From a virus: a stretch of 64,000 nt of DNA. The stretch lies in the IMG/VR virus record IMGVR_UViG_3300028800_000084, positions 7,286 through 71,285 of that record; one strand, written 5' to 3'. Shown one piece after another: positions 1 through 8,449 of the stretch. Under the pieces are notes generated by a model. The model was not told the DNA's origin. It worked only from the letters and a program-made list of their open reading frames with translations, and did not search any database. Made by a program: the position numbers and the translations under genes. Numbering within the stretch: the first letter of the stretch is position 1; each line of letters starts with the position of its first letter.

Positions 1-1740
1 GCGCTGCGCCACTTCCGCGTTGGCGTTGGTCGTTATTTCGTTGAGCTTGGTCTGCTCGTCTTGCTGGCGCTGCGCCTGTTGCTGGTTGTAAGTGTTAGTC
101 GCTGAACTGACCTGTTCGTTGCGGCTGGCGAGGTCATTCTGGACGGCCACGGCGTCGAGGTTGGCGGCGTCCTCTTGCAGCTTCTCCTGCGACTTGCTCT
201 GAATGTCCTGAAGTTTAGCCTGATAGTCCGACCACGCCTGTTGCGAGGCTTGCGCGGCGTCCTGCTGCGTCTTCAGGCGGTCGGCAGTCGCTTTCGTCTC
301 AATGTCGTCCACGGCGGCATCGAAGTCGGCGGTCTTCTGCTGGCGCGCCTGGTCGAACGTGTCCTGCGCTTGCTGCTGGCGGAGGTCGAAGTCGTCCTTC
401 TGCGTGGCTTGCTGTGCGTTGAAGGCGGCAACGCGGTCGGCGTCGGCGGCAAGGTACTTGGCGCGGTCATCGACCAACTGCTGCGTGGTCTTCAGGGCGT
501 CGTTTTCCGCCTCGCGTCTCTCTACCACTGGTAGAATGTTGTCGGACAGGTTGGTAATGTCGCCGTTCAGCACTTGCAGGCGGTCGCTGAATTTCTGGAA
601 GGTCGCCGCCGCGTCCGTCGAATATTGCGCGGCGTTCTTCAGCGTGGGCAACTGGCTCTCTATCGCCGCCGCTTCGTCCTTGTCGGCTTCAATCTTCTTC
701 TTAATAGTGTCCGACGACTCGCCTAGCGCCTGATCTGCCGCCACCTGGCTTTGTATCCATAGATCGGACGCCGCCGCCGTGTTCGCCGCTGCCGTGCGGG
801 CTGCTACGGCGCTGTCACCGAGCGCATTGTTGTAGCCTTCCAGTTCAGCCGCCGCCGCGTCGGAGCGGGCTTGAGCGTCCTGTAATTGCTTGCCGAGTTC
901 CTGGAAGCCCGGTTGCGTGGAGGCCAGAAGGAATTGGATACGAGCCGCCAGATCGCCCTGGTTGGTCTGTTGCGCAGCAAACGCGCCGCCTTCCGAACCG
1001 TTGATGCGGGCAATCTCAGCGTCAGCCGCCGCCTTGTCCTGCTGCGCTTTGGCGATGTTAGCCTGGATTTGCGGAGCGGTCTCGGTCGCGGCGGCGTTGA
1101 ACTCGGTCTTCAGGGCGTCAGCGGCAGTTTTCAGGTTGTTAGAGGCGTCCTGCGTCTCCTGAACGAACGCCTCGTAAGCAATCGTCAACACGCCGAGAGC
1201 GGCAATAACCGGCGTCAGCACCGCCAGCACTGCCCCGAACGAGCCGAACAGGGCGTCGCCGCCTGCTGCCAGCGTCCCGAACAGGCCGCCCGCGTTCTGC
1301 AAGTTCTCGCTCAGCGTGGGCAAAAGGTCACTGATGCGCTGCAAGCCCTGTTCGAGGTAGATGACCGCGCCAACGTCACGCAAGCCGGGTGCGCCACCAA
1401 CCGACCCGGCGACCGAGAAGGCGTGACCAATGCCGAACAGGGAGCTACCACCAGAAGAACCGCCTGTTGCACCGCCCTCGTCACCGGCGTCCGACGCGGC
1501 CTGAATAGCCTCTACCGTGTTTGCCAGTTCCGCGTTCATGGCTTGCAGGTTAGCGGTTGTGGCAGCGAAGCCCTCGTTCATAGTGGTGATGAACGCTTGC
1601 GCTGACTGCGTGGCTCCGGCGAACGCGTCGGTAATAGTTTCGGCTAGACCCTCAAAGCGGGAGGATGCAGACGAGATAAAGTCGTCAAGACTGCCGTCGC
1701 TCTCAACTCCTACGCTTAAAGGTTCCGGCTGGTCGCTCAT
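1..1740 (-). CDS. Tape measure protein (3' part runs off the window)
   Basis: Open frame from ATG at 1740 (MSDQPEPLSVGVESDG...) to the window edge. Ala/Gln-rich helical sequence with a hydrophobic segment (FGAVLAVLTPVIAALGVLTIAY), downstream of the tail chaperones. Missing from the ORF track because it has no stop in the window. Confidence 0.85.
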   Translation of the reverse strand, partial: MSDQPEPLSVGVESDGSLDDFISSASSRFEGLAETITDAFAGATQSAQAFITTMNEGFAATTANLQAMNAELANTVEAIQAASDAGDEGGATGGSSGGSSLFGIGHAFSVAGSVGGAPGLRDVGAVIYLEQGLQRISDLLPTLSENLQNAGGLFGTLAAGGDALFGSFGAVLAVLTPVIAALGVLTIAYEAFVQETQDASNNLKTAADALKTEFNAAATETAPQIQANIAKAQQDKAAADAEIARINGSEGGAFAAQQTNQGDLAARIQFLLASTQPGFQELGKQLQDAQARSDAAAAELEGYNNALGDSAVAARTAAANTAAASDLWIQSQVAADQALGESSDTIKKKIEADKDEAAAIESQLPTLKNAAQYSTDAAATFQKFSDRLQVLNGDITNLSDNILPVVERREAENDALKTTQQLVDDRAKYLAADADRVAAFNAQQATQKDDFDLRQQQAQDTFDQARQQKTADFDAAVDDIETKATADRLKTQQDAAQASQQAWSDYQAKLQDIQSKSQEKLQEDAANLDAVAVQNDLASRNEQVSSATNTYNQQQAQRQQDEQTKLNEITTNANAEVAQR

Positions 1741-1859
1741 TGCGCACCGCCTAGTTGTGCGGTATAATGGGCATTGTTGGCTAGGGAATAGCTACTCGAA
1801 AAGCGGTTAATCCTGCCGCCTGCCAACGACATTATAGGATTTAGCGAAAAGGATACGCT

Positions 1860-2786
1860 ATGCTGTATCTTCCCTTTCCCTTCAAACACTGCACGAAGTG
1901 TGGCGAATACTACCCACCCACGTTCGAATACTTTGCAAAAGACAAAATAAGTAGCGGAGGCCAACGGGCGCAATGCAAGTTTTGTTGCCGAGAAAAGACG
2001 CGCGAATGGCGGCAGAACAATCTTGAGAGGGCAAAGGAAAATGTGCGCCGTTATCGGGAACAGCACAAAGAAGAAGCGCGACAGCGTAGCGCCCAATGGC
2101 GACGCGACGACCCTGAGAAGGCACGGCAGTCCGAACGGCGTTACCGAGATTCTCATCCTGAAGTCCGTCGGGCGAACAGACTTCGTTGGGCAAAAAATAA
2201 TCCCGAAAAAGTGTACGCATCGAGTCAGCGTTGGCGTCATTCTCATAGCGATAGAGTTCGAGAAACGGAACGAAAGCGCAGACAGACTAACCCCGATGTG
2301 CATCAGCGAGCATCTAAACGATACAGAAACGCTCATGCAGAAATTCTGAAAGAAAGAGATCGACAACGCAGAGCCGCGAATATTGATACCGCACGAGAAA
2401 AAGGTAGGCAGAAAGAACACCGAAGGCGGGCAAAGATTAGAGCGTTGCCAGCGACGTTCACCGATGCAGATTGGGAGCGCGCACTTACTCATTTCCACGG
2501 CGGATGCGCCTATTGCGGCAATCCGCCTAGTTTGTTCGACGTGAATACGGTGCTTCAGCACGAACATCACATTCCCGTAAATCCCGACTACGAACTGAAA
2601 GGAGACAATCCTGGATACACAGCGGACAACATTGTTCCTGCTTGTCAGTCTTGCAACTTTAGCAAGGGTAACAAAAACCCTACGCAATGGGCAATTAAAC
2701 GCTTTGGCAAAAGACGCGGTGAGTCCATCTTGAAACGCATTCAGGAGTATTTCGAATGGGTTCGGCAACGGAAGGTCGAACACTAG
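1860..2786 (+). CDS. HNH homing-type endonuclease with N-terminal CxxC zinc finger, antisense to the late operon
   Basis: CTKC...CKFC at the N-terminus, Arg-rich helical middle, CAYCG...HEHHIP...NIVPACQSCNFSKGNK HNH motif. Confidence 0.9.
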   Translation: MLYLPFPFKHCTKCGEYYPPTFEYFAKDKISSGGQRAQCKFCCREKTREWRQNNLERAKENVRRYREQHKEEARQRSAQWRRDDPEKARQSERRYRDSHPEVRRANRLRWAKNNPEKVYASSQRWRHSHSDRVRETERKRRQTNPDVHQRASKRYRNAHAEILKERDRQRRAANIDTAREKGRQKEHRRRAKIRALPATFTDADWERALTHFHGGCAYCGNPPSLFDVNTVLQHEHHIPVNPDYELKGDNPGYTADNIVPACQSCNFSKGNKNPTQWAIKRFGKRRGESILKRIQEYFEWVRQRKVEH

Positions 2787-3304
2787 CTTTCTCCGTTCAA
2801 GGCCATGCGGACCGCCTGACGCCAATAGACTTCAAGTAGCTTAATAGCCTCCTCCCTGAGGAGGTCGCGGGCTACATCCATCTCGGCTCCCCATCCTGAC
2901 AGAGAAAACCCCAAGACTTGCCGAGGGCCATAAACGTATACCGCTTTCGGTTGAATATTCTTAATGGTCACAAGGTCGCCAATGAAGTAATCGGCCACGA
3001 GTACCCTGAACCCGTTCTCAATTGCGCCGCTTCTCAAGTAATGGGAACCGTCCGTTTCAACCAGTCCCTCCGGTATCATGACATGCAGGTAGTACCACTT
3101 ACTCTTTTCCGTCCCGAAAGCGAACGGGTACACCGCCGACGCAGGCGCAAGGTCGGGCATGAGAGCGTCTACGGCGTCCTGCAATTCATCACGGAACTCC
3201 GTCTGCAACAAGCGCCGAAAAATGTCACGCGCACGGCGCGGCGCTGACCGCCACGTGTCGATGCGTTCCTGGTTGACGGAAATCTTGAACTTGAAGTAAC
3301 TCAC
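2783..3304 (-). CDS. Putative neck/tail-completion protein
   Basis: Position between tail chaperones and tape measure; RSGAIENG...AVYVYG resembles HK97 gp10-like motifs. Confidence 0.45.
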   Translation of the reverse strand: MSYFKFKISVNQERIDTWRSAPRRARDIFRRLLQTEFRDELQDAVDALMPDLAPASAVYPFAFGTEKSKWYYLHVMIPEGLVETDGSHYLRSGAIENGFRVLVADYFIGDLVTIKNIQPKAVYVYGPRQVLGFSLSGWGAEMDVARDLLREEAIKLLEVYWRQAVRMALNGES

Positions 3305-3630
3305 TTCACTACCACGCTCCGCACGCGCCCCGACGAAAAGAGTGCGTCGAGTACCCGCTGGTTGCGGGCGCGAATGTACTGTTCCTCGTCGCCGTGCAGG
3401 ATGTCGTCAAGCGTGTACTTCGGCTTGCCGTCCGTCCAGCGTTCCAGTAACTTGTTCTCGGCCCATACGCCGAACGTCATGACAGCGCTATCGAAGGACA
3501 GGGCGGTGATGATGTCGGAGACACCGAGCAGATCACTCGCCCACTGCCGGACGTTCAGCGCCTCGCTTGGCCTTTGGTTCATGGTCTTTTGCAGCATCCA
3601 CAGGTGCCACAGACTTGACTTGTTGTTCAC
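3301..3630 (-). CDS. Tail assembly chaperone, C-terminal (probably frameshift-accessed) part
   Basis: Overlaps the end of the upstream chaperone in the +1 frame; G/GT-type arrangement before the tape measure. Confidence 0.6.
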   Translation of the reverse strand: MNNKSSLWHLWMLQKTMNQRPSEALNVRQWASDLLGVSDIITALSFDSAVMTFGVWAENKLLERWTDGKPKYTLDDILHGDEEQYIRARNQRVLDALFSSGRVRSVVVK

Positions 3631-4021
3631 GAAAGCGGATTAACGCTTGCGCAGGTTGACCGAACCAGCGATAGACGGCCAGCTTATCGGAGTAGCCAAG
3701 TTCGTCTATGCCAATTTCGTCGTCAGCCTGCGGAACGTCCACCACTTTCGGGCTAACTACCGCCCATTTTATCAGGTCGTCCAACCACGTTATCCACTCG
3801 CTCACCTTCTCCGGCGTCAGTTCTTTCGCCTCGGAGATGCTGCCGCCGTCGATGAGCATCTTGTTCACCGTGGCCGACAGGTAGTCAGGCACTTTGCCCG
3901 TCTTGAAAAAGAACGCCGCGTCCATCGGACGGATGAACACGGTGTCGCCGTACTCAGGCAGAACGAACTCGATACCCTTTGCCCGCTTCTCGCGCATCTG
4001 CTTCGCCGTTGTCGTGGTCAT
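3533..4021 (-). CDS. Tail assembly chaperone
   Basis: ATG at 4021 (MTTTTAKQMREK...) directly after the major tail stop; WAVVSPKVV...DEIGIDEL resembles tail chaperone motifs. Confidence 0.7.
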   Translation of the reverse strand: MTTTTAKQMREKRAKGIEFVLPEYGDTVFIRPMDAAFFFKTGKVPDYLSATVNKMLIDGGSISEAKELTPEKVSEWITWLDDLIKWAVVSPKVVDVPQADDEIGIDELGYSDKLAVYRWFGQPAQALIRFREQQVKSVAPVDAAKDHEPKAKRGAERPAVGE

Positions 4022-4023
4022 GG

Positions 4024-4563
4024 CTAGGTCGTCGGCGGAAAGGTAATCGGCGTCGTCAGCGTGGCCGTCGGTCGGCGGTACTCCTGATAGATGTAGCCGA
4101 ACGTCGGGTCTTGAATAGCCTTGCATGAGAACTGAGGAACCATGATTTTTCCGAACGTGTTCTTGTAGTTCCAGCCCTTCGTGACCTTGCAGTAGGGATA
4201 GAAGAACAACACGTCGCCAGTGGCGGGCAAGACCTGGGCAATCATGCCGAAATAGGGCAAGAGCGCGTTGTTGACCGGGAACACTGTGTCAGCCCCGCTT
4301 GTGGACGTGGAGATGCCGGTGAACACCGTGAGCAGGCTCGTGTCGAAGCCCGCCGTGTCAAGCGTCAGCGTAGCGCTGATGAGTTGTGTTTCCTCGTCAG
4401 TGATTTTACTGTTGCCTTGCGCCTCATCGTTGATGGCGTCTTGCGTAAATCCCATTTCCTTCGTGCTTTGCAGCGTGAAGGGCGTGCCGTAAGTGCCGCC
4501 GCCGAGCCATGCCGCGACAAGCACCTGTTGAACAGAGAATGGATACAATTGGGCTGTTGCCAC
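4024..4563 (-). CDS. Major tail (tube) protein
   Basis: 179 aa, beta-rich and Thr-rich; sits between the tail terminator and the chaperones. Confidence 0.75.
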   Translation of the reverse strand: MATAQLYPFSVQQVLVAAWLGGGTYGTPFTLQSTKEMGFTQDAINDEAQGNSKITDEETQLISATLTLDTAGFDTSLLTVFTGISTSTSGADTVFPVNNALLPYFGMIAQVLPATGDVLFFYPYCKVTKGWNYKNTFGKIMVPQFSCKAIQDPTFGYIYQEYRRPTATLTTPITFPPTT

Positions 4564-5040
4564 TTAAGAACTCCTTATCGCATACATCTTGCCGTTGAAA
4601 CTGTACAGGCAAGCGTCGGAGAGCAGTTTGTCGCGCAGGTTCTTCGTCGTGCGTCCCCAAAGAAATTGCAAGCCGCCATTGGCGGGGTCAATACGCGCCT
4701 GATTGAGTAATCCGTACATAATGACTTCCGCCGCCGCCAGCGTGTCGTAGCCCGCGTTGCCGTTGTCGTACAGACGACCGTAGATAGGCGTCTGCGTTGA
4801 GCGCACATTCATCCCGACCGCCTGTCCGTCCATCGCTTCCTCGGCATCCCAAAACACGCAGCACGGCTTCAGTTGGCCCGGACTACCGTCGGGCGGTTTG
4901 GTGTACGCCTGGGCCAGCGAGGTGGGGTTGATACCCTTGCGTCCTATTGCCGTGAAATCGTATATGCCACCGATGAGCAGGTCAGTGAGCGGCGCTGAAG
5001 CGTTGCAAACGTCCACGATAGCCTGCACGAAGTCGCTCAT
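4564..5040 (-). CDS. Putative tail terminator
   Basis: Synteny (immediately upstream of major tail); size and KPCCVF core. Confidence 0.6.
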   Translation of the reverse strand: MSDFVQAIVDVCNASAPLTDLLIGGIYDFTAIGRKGINPTSLAQAYTKPPDGSPGQLKPCCVFWDAEEAMDGQAVGMNVRSTQTPIYGRLYDNGNAGYDTLAAAEVIMYGLLNQARIDPANGGLQFLWGRTTKNLRDKLLSDACLYSFNGKMYAIRSS

Positions 5041-5444
5041 GGCTTTATCGTCAGTGTCGCCAGGAGTATTCCCGGCACGGCGTTGATGAAATCAGTTACT
5101 TCGTACAGCAGACCGCCATACGGGAACTGGTCGGCCCGCTGAACGTCGGTGTCGGGGATACCAGGGCACTGTTTAAATCCCACAAGCACGCCGTACTGAA
5201 CCGACAACTCGTTCATGAGGTTGTCGATTTGCTCCGACGCGCCGCGTATTGGGTGCAGTACTTCGAGCCGTACCACTTGCGGCGGCAGCACGATGACCTC
5301 GTTCGTCAGTGGGTCAGGGCGCGTGATGACGACAGTGAAGGGCCTCGCCCCGATGAGACGGGCCGTATCATAGCCGCGGATTTCAGTGTTGCCCCGCTGT
5401 GGGTTCGGCGCGAGTGTTCCTGCCCACAAGTCAGCCCGGTTCAA
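5037..5444 (-). CDS. Putative head-tail adaptor/closure protein
   Basis: Synteny; DTDVQRADQFPYGGLLYEV beta-strand motif typical of head-closure proteins. Confidence 0.6.
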   Translation of the reverse strand: MNRADLWAGTLAPNPQRGNTEIRGYDTARLIGARPFTVVITRPDPLTNEVIVLPPQVVRLEVLHPIRGASEQIDNLMNELSVQYGVLVGFKQCPGIPDTDVQRADQFPYGGLLYEVTDFINAVPGILLATLTIKP

Positions 5445-6571
5445 AAGTTCACCTCCGCAGGTGTCTTATGCCCGTTGGAGCGCAGCGCCGTCAGCGCTTG
5501 CTCGTTGCGGGCGCGATGCTCCGGCGTGTCGGTGTTAACGGGCGGCTCCGGCTGGTGCGGTGCGCCGAGGTGCTTGCCGAGGACAGCGATGAGCTTGTCG
5601 GCGGCGATTTTGTAGGTGTGATTGTCCCGGAGCCACTGTGCCGCCTTGAGCGCATTCGCTTTAGCCTCATCCTGGTTCAAGTACAGCCAGCGCATCTTTT
5701 CAACCACCTCATCCAACGACGGTTCAGCCCACAGGCCGCCGCTGCCCCGCATCCCGCTCTCGACCAGCGTAAAGCGCTCTATCGGGATAGCCCACTCATC
5801 GCAGTCATCGGCAGTTCCGCTGAAGCGCGTCACAACCGTTGGAATACCGCACGCTGCGGCCTCCCGCTGGCTCATCCCGTAGCCTTCGCAACGGGCCGGA
5901 CAGATATAGGCGTCGGTCTGGCTGTACACGTCGGCGATATGTTCCACATCCGCCCGCCACACGGTAAAACGGTCGTCGGGCGAGTAGGAAAAGTCCAGGT
6001 TGGGCAGGCTACCGGGACGACATTTGATGAGCAGCCGCACGTCTTTGTTGTCGTGCGGAAAGGCCTTGTAGAAGGCCGACCAGACTAGATCATATCCCTT
6101 GCGATTGCCGCGATCTGCCAGGGCCATGAACGTGTACGGCTGATTGTGCCGCTGACCGAGGATGGGTGTTTCTTCGGGATCGATGCCGCCCGGCACCACT
6201 TCGATAGGCACTTTAACGCCCGCGTCCTCGAACACTTCAATCAGCCACGGCGACGGCACGAGCAAAAGCGTTGATTTCTGGTTCACGCTGTCGGCCCATC
6301 CCGGCGGGAGTGTGCAGCTTTCGTGCATAGACCATGCCACCGACCGACCCGGCACATGGCGGAACTCATTGGGCGGTGAGATTTGCAGCGTGACGTGGCT
6401 GAAGTCCAGCCCTTGCGCCCGAAGATACCACGCTGGCTTGTCATCGAGAGTGTCCAATTCAAAGGGGTACACGCCGTGTCCGGCGCGGATAAGCTGCTGC
6501 GCAAAACCACGCGAGAAACGCCCGTATCCATCATAATATAGCCATTTGTACCCCCCGATATTCAGCTTCAT
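5441..6571 (-). CDS. Glycosyltransferase (GT-B, GT4-like) inside the head-tail module
   Basis: DGYGR N-terminus, RKGYD, PARCEGYGMSQREAAACGIPTVVT (EX7E signature). Confidence 0.9.
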   Translation of the reverse strand: MKLNIGGYKWLYYDGYGRFSRGFAQQLIRAGHGVYPFELDTLDDKPAWYLRAQGLDFSHVTLQISPPNEFRHVPGRSVAWSMHESCTLPPGWADSVNQKSTLLLVPSPWLIEVFEDAGVKVPIEVVPGGIDPEETPILGQRHNQPYTFMALADRGNRKGYDLVWSAFYKAFPHDNKDVRLLIKCRPGSLPNLDFSYSPDDRFTVWRADVEHIADVYSQTDAYICPARCEGYGMSQREAAACGIPTVVTRFSGTADDCDEWAIPIERFTLVESGMRGSGGLWAEPSLDEVVEKMRWLYLNQDEAKANALKAAQWLRDNHTYKIAADKLIAVLGKHLGAPHQPEPPVNTDTPEHRARNEQALTALRSNGHKTPAEVNF

Positions 6572-6684
6572 AGCGCTATAGCTCCCTGAACGTGGGCTTG
6601 AAGCGGCTTAATTATCCGCTTGACACCTGAGTTTCCTAGCTCAGTGCCCATTTCCTCGCTAGGTTGCAACTGTAGGAGGTTGCG

Positions 6685-6846
6685 ATGCTGTATATCCCCC
6701 ATCCCTTCCGTTATTGCTACAAGTGCCGACAGTACAAGCCCTACACTCAATTTCCTAAGAACAGAAGCAAGCAAGACCATCTGGCCTCGGAATGCCATGA
6801 GTGCAACAGGAAGCACGTTCGCAAGTGGGTCAAGATGCAAGGATAG
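6685..6846 (+). CDS. 53-aa zinc-finger mini-protein (HNH N-terminal module only, possibly a remnant)
   Basis: MLYIPHPFRYCYKCRQYKP...ECHECNRKHVRKW, similar to the N-terminus of 1860..2786. Strong SD AGGAGG upstream. Not in the ORF track. Confidence 0.65.
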   Translation: MLYIPHPFRYCYKCRQYKPYTQFPKNRSKQDHLASECHECNRKHVRKWVKMQG

Positions 6847-6848
6847 TC

Positions 6849-7562
6849 TCATTGCCCGCCCCATCCTGACCGCCGGAAGCGCGGGCCGTAGGGCGGCGCG
6901 TAGGTCAGCGACGTTGCCGGAACGCCGACTACCCACGGGATAGCCCGGACACGCGGCGGTTCGGGAACCATCGAGGCGAACAAGAACTGGTGGCTAGCGT
7001 TGGAAAGTACCTTGTAGTCCTCGACCATCTTTTCGATATTCGCTGTGATTTGCGATTTCTTTTCTGACGTTTGGCCTGCCGTATAGTCTGAGAAACGGCT
7101 AGCGTTGAATTGCAAGTCCAGTGCGTCGTAGTACAAACCGAGAAAGAAATTCGCAAGCGCCAAGTTATAGTTCGCGTTTAGCTCATCGTCCGTGAAAGCT
7201 GTCATACCACCTTGCGTTACCTCAAGGATTGCAATTGCAATTCCCGTACCAGTCAAGCCGGATGCGTTAACGGTGAGCATTGACTGTGCCGCATGTTGAA
7301 GGTTTCCCAAGAAGGACACGACATAGGGTGAGTTATTGTTGACTTGAACATTTCCCAAACCGATAGTCGAAAGCGCCGCTAGTGCATTTTGCAGCACGTT
7401 ACTTCCGGCATTGTAAGACAACGCAGTGGTAGTTTGTCCGTTAAAGGTAGCTGTCCAGGTTCCTCCCGTAGCGTTGGAGATTAGGATTGACTGAACTTCA
7501 GACGTACCTTGATCGGCTATTTTTTGGCGTGCTAAAGCCAATTGACTCGCAGTCATTGACAT
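6849..7562 (-). CDS. Putative head-tail connector with inserted beta-domain
   Basis: First same-strand gene after the major capsid; FTDDEL...DYTAGQTSEKKSQ connector-like motif. Contains an EVQSI..ATGGTWTATFNGQTT..LSYNA module. Start inferred from SD GGAG. Confidence 0.6.
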   Translation of the reverse strand: MSMTASQLALARQKIADQGTSEVQSILISNATGGTWTATFNGQTTTALSYNAGSNVLQNALAALSTIGLGNVQVNNNSPYVVSFLGNLQHAAQSMLTVNASGLTGTGIAIAILEVTQGGMTAFTDDELNANYNLALANFFLGLYYDALDLQFNASRFSDYTAGQTSEKKSQITANIEKMVEDYKVLSNASHQFLFASMVPEPPRVRAIPWVVGVPATSLTYAPPYGPRFRRSGWGGQ

Positions 7563-7684
7563 AGCGCTATAGCTCCTTCTGGGGTATACTGTGAGGATAT
7601 ATCGGCTAGGTTCGCTACCGAAAAGTGGGACACATCCGACCACCTGCCGATTGCATCTCGGATGTCAGCACAAGGATGAGTGCT

Positions 7685-8449
7685 ATGGATACCTCGACTA
7701 AGCGCTGTTCCGTTTGCAGCAATGAATTTCCGGCAACAACCGAATATTTCTACAAGAAAGGTGGACGCACTTCGCTGTTTGCGTGGTGCAAGAGATGTCA
7801 CCTCAATCGCATTGCGCCGACAACTAAAGCATGGAACGTAGCGCACCCTGAACAATGCAAAATGCATCAGGAAAGATACCAGCACGGACATACACGTGCG
7901 AAGCATACTTACAGACCCACGAGTGAATGTCCGATAGAAGAACAAGAGAGACGGCGCGCAGCGGGTCGGACTCGGGATAGACGCCGCAGAGAACGGAACA
8001 GAGAAAAGGCCAAAGAACGGTCTAGGACATCTTTCGCCCTTTGGGTAAAACGGCATCCAGACCAAAGTCGAGCTAGGCGTCATAAGCGAGAAGCTCAAAA
8101 ACGCAATCTCCCTGCCACGTTCACCGCTTTGGATTGGAAGCACGCCAAGCGGTTCTTTGCCATTAACGGCGTTGAGTGTTGCGCCTATTGCGGTCGTCCC
8201 ATCGGCTTGTGGCATACGCTTGCTCAAGACCATTTCATCCCGCTGAGCAAAGGCGGAGCATACACTGCCGACAACATTATCCCGGCGTGTCACGGGTTCG
8301 ACGGGTGCAACAACTCCAAATCCAACCGCGATCCAGTTGATTGGCTCACGGAACGCTTTGGCGCGCGCAAGGCAAAAGCCATCCTGAACCGCGTCCAGGA
8401 TTACTTCGCCTTCGTTACCAATCGAGATAGTCACGACGACCTCAGCTAA
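7685..8449 (+). CDS. HNH endonuclease, antisense to the late operon (paralog of 1860..2786)
   Basis: CSVC...CKRC, LPATFT..DW, CAYCG...DHFIPLSKGG...NIIPAC...CNNSKSNR. ATG at 7685 follows AAGGA. Confidence 0.9.
   Translation: MDTSTKRCSVCSNEFPATTEYFYKKGGRTSLFAWCKRCHLNRIAPTTKAWNVAHPEQCKMHQERYQHGHTRAKHTYRPTSECPIEEQERRRAAGRTRDRRRRERNREKAKERSRTSFALWVKRHPDQSRARRHKREAQKRNLPATFTALDWKHAKRFFAINGVECCAYCGRPIGLWHTLAQDHFIPLSKGGAYTADNIIPACHGFDGCNNSKSNRDPVDWLTERFGARKAKAILNRVQDYFAFVTNRDSHDDLS

Noticed and set aside
175-1810. Plus-strand ORFs over the tape measure, and similar ones at 10072..11154, 20323..21549, 36858..37805
   Set aside because: Shadow ORFs expected in GC-rich DNA opposite well-supported genes.
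1741-2786. HNH inserts as group I introns or inteins
   Set aside because: They lie between genes, not within them, and no P7 core or intein terminal motifs were seen.
1737-2825. Long minus-strand ORFs opposite the HNH genes (also 7553..8509)
   Set aside because: No recognisable motifs; treated as antisense shadows, although their span across each insert is noted.
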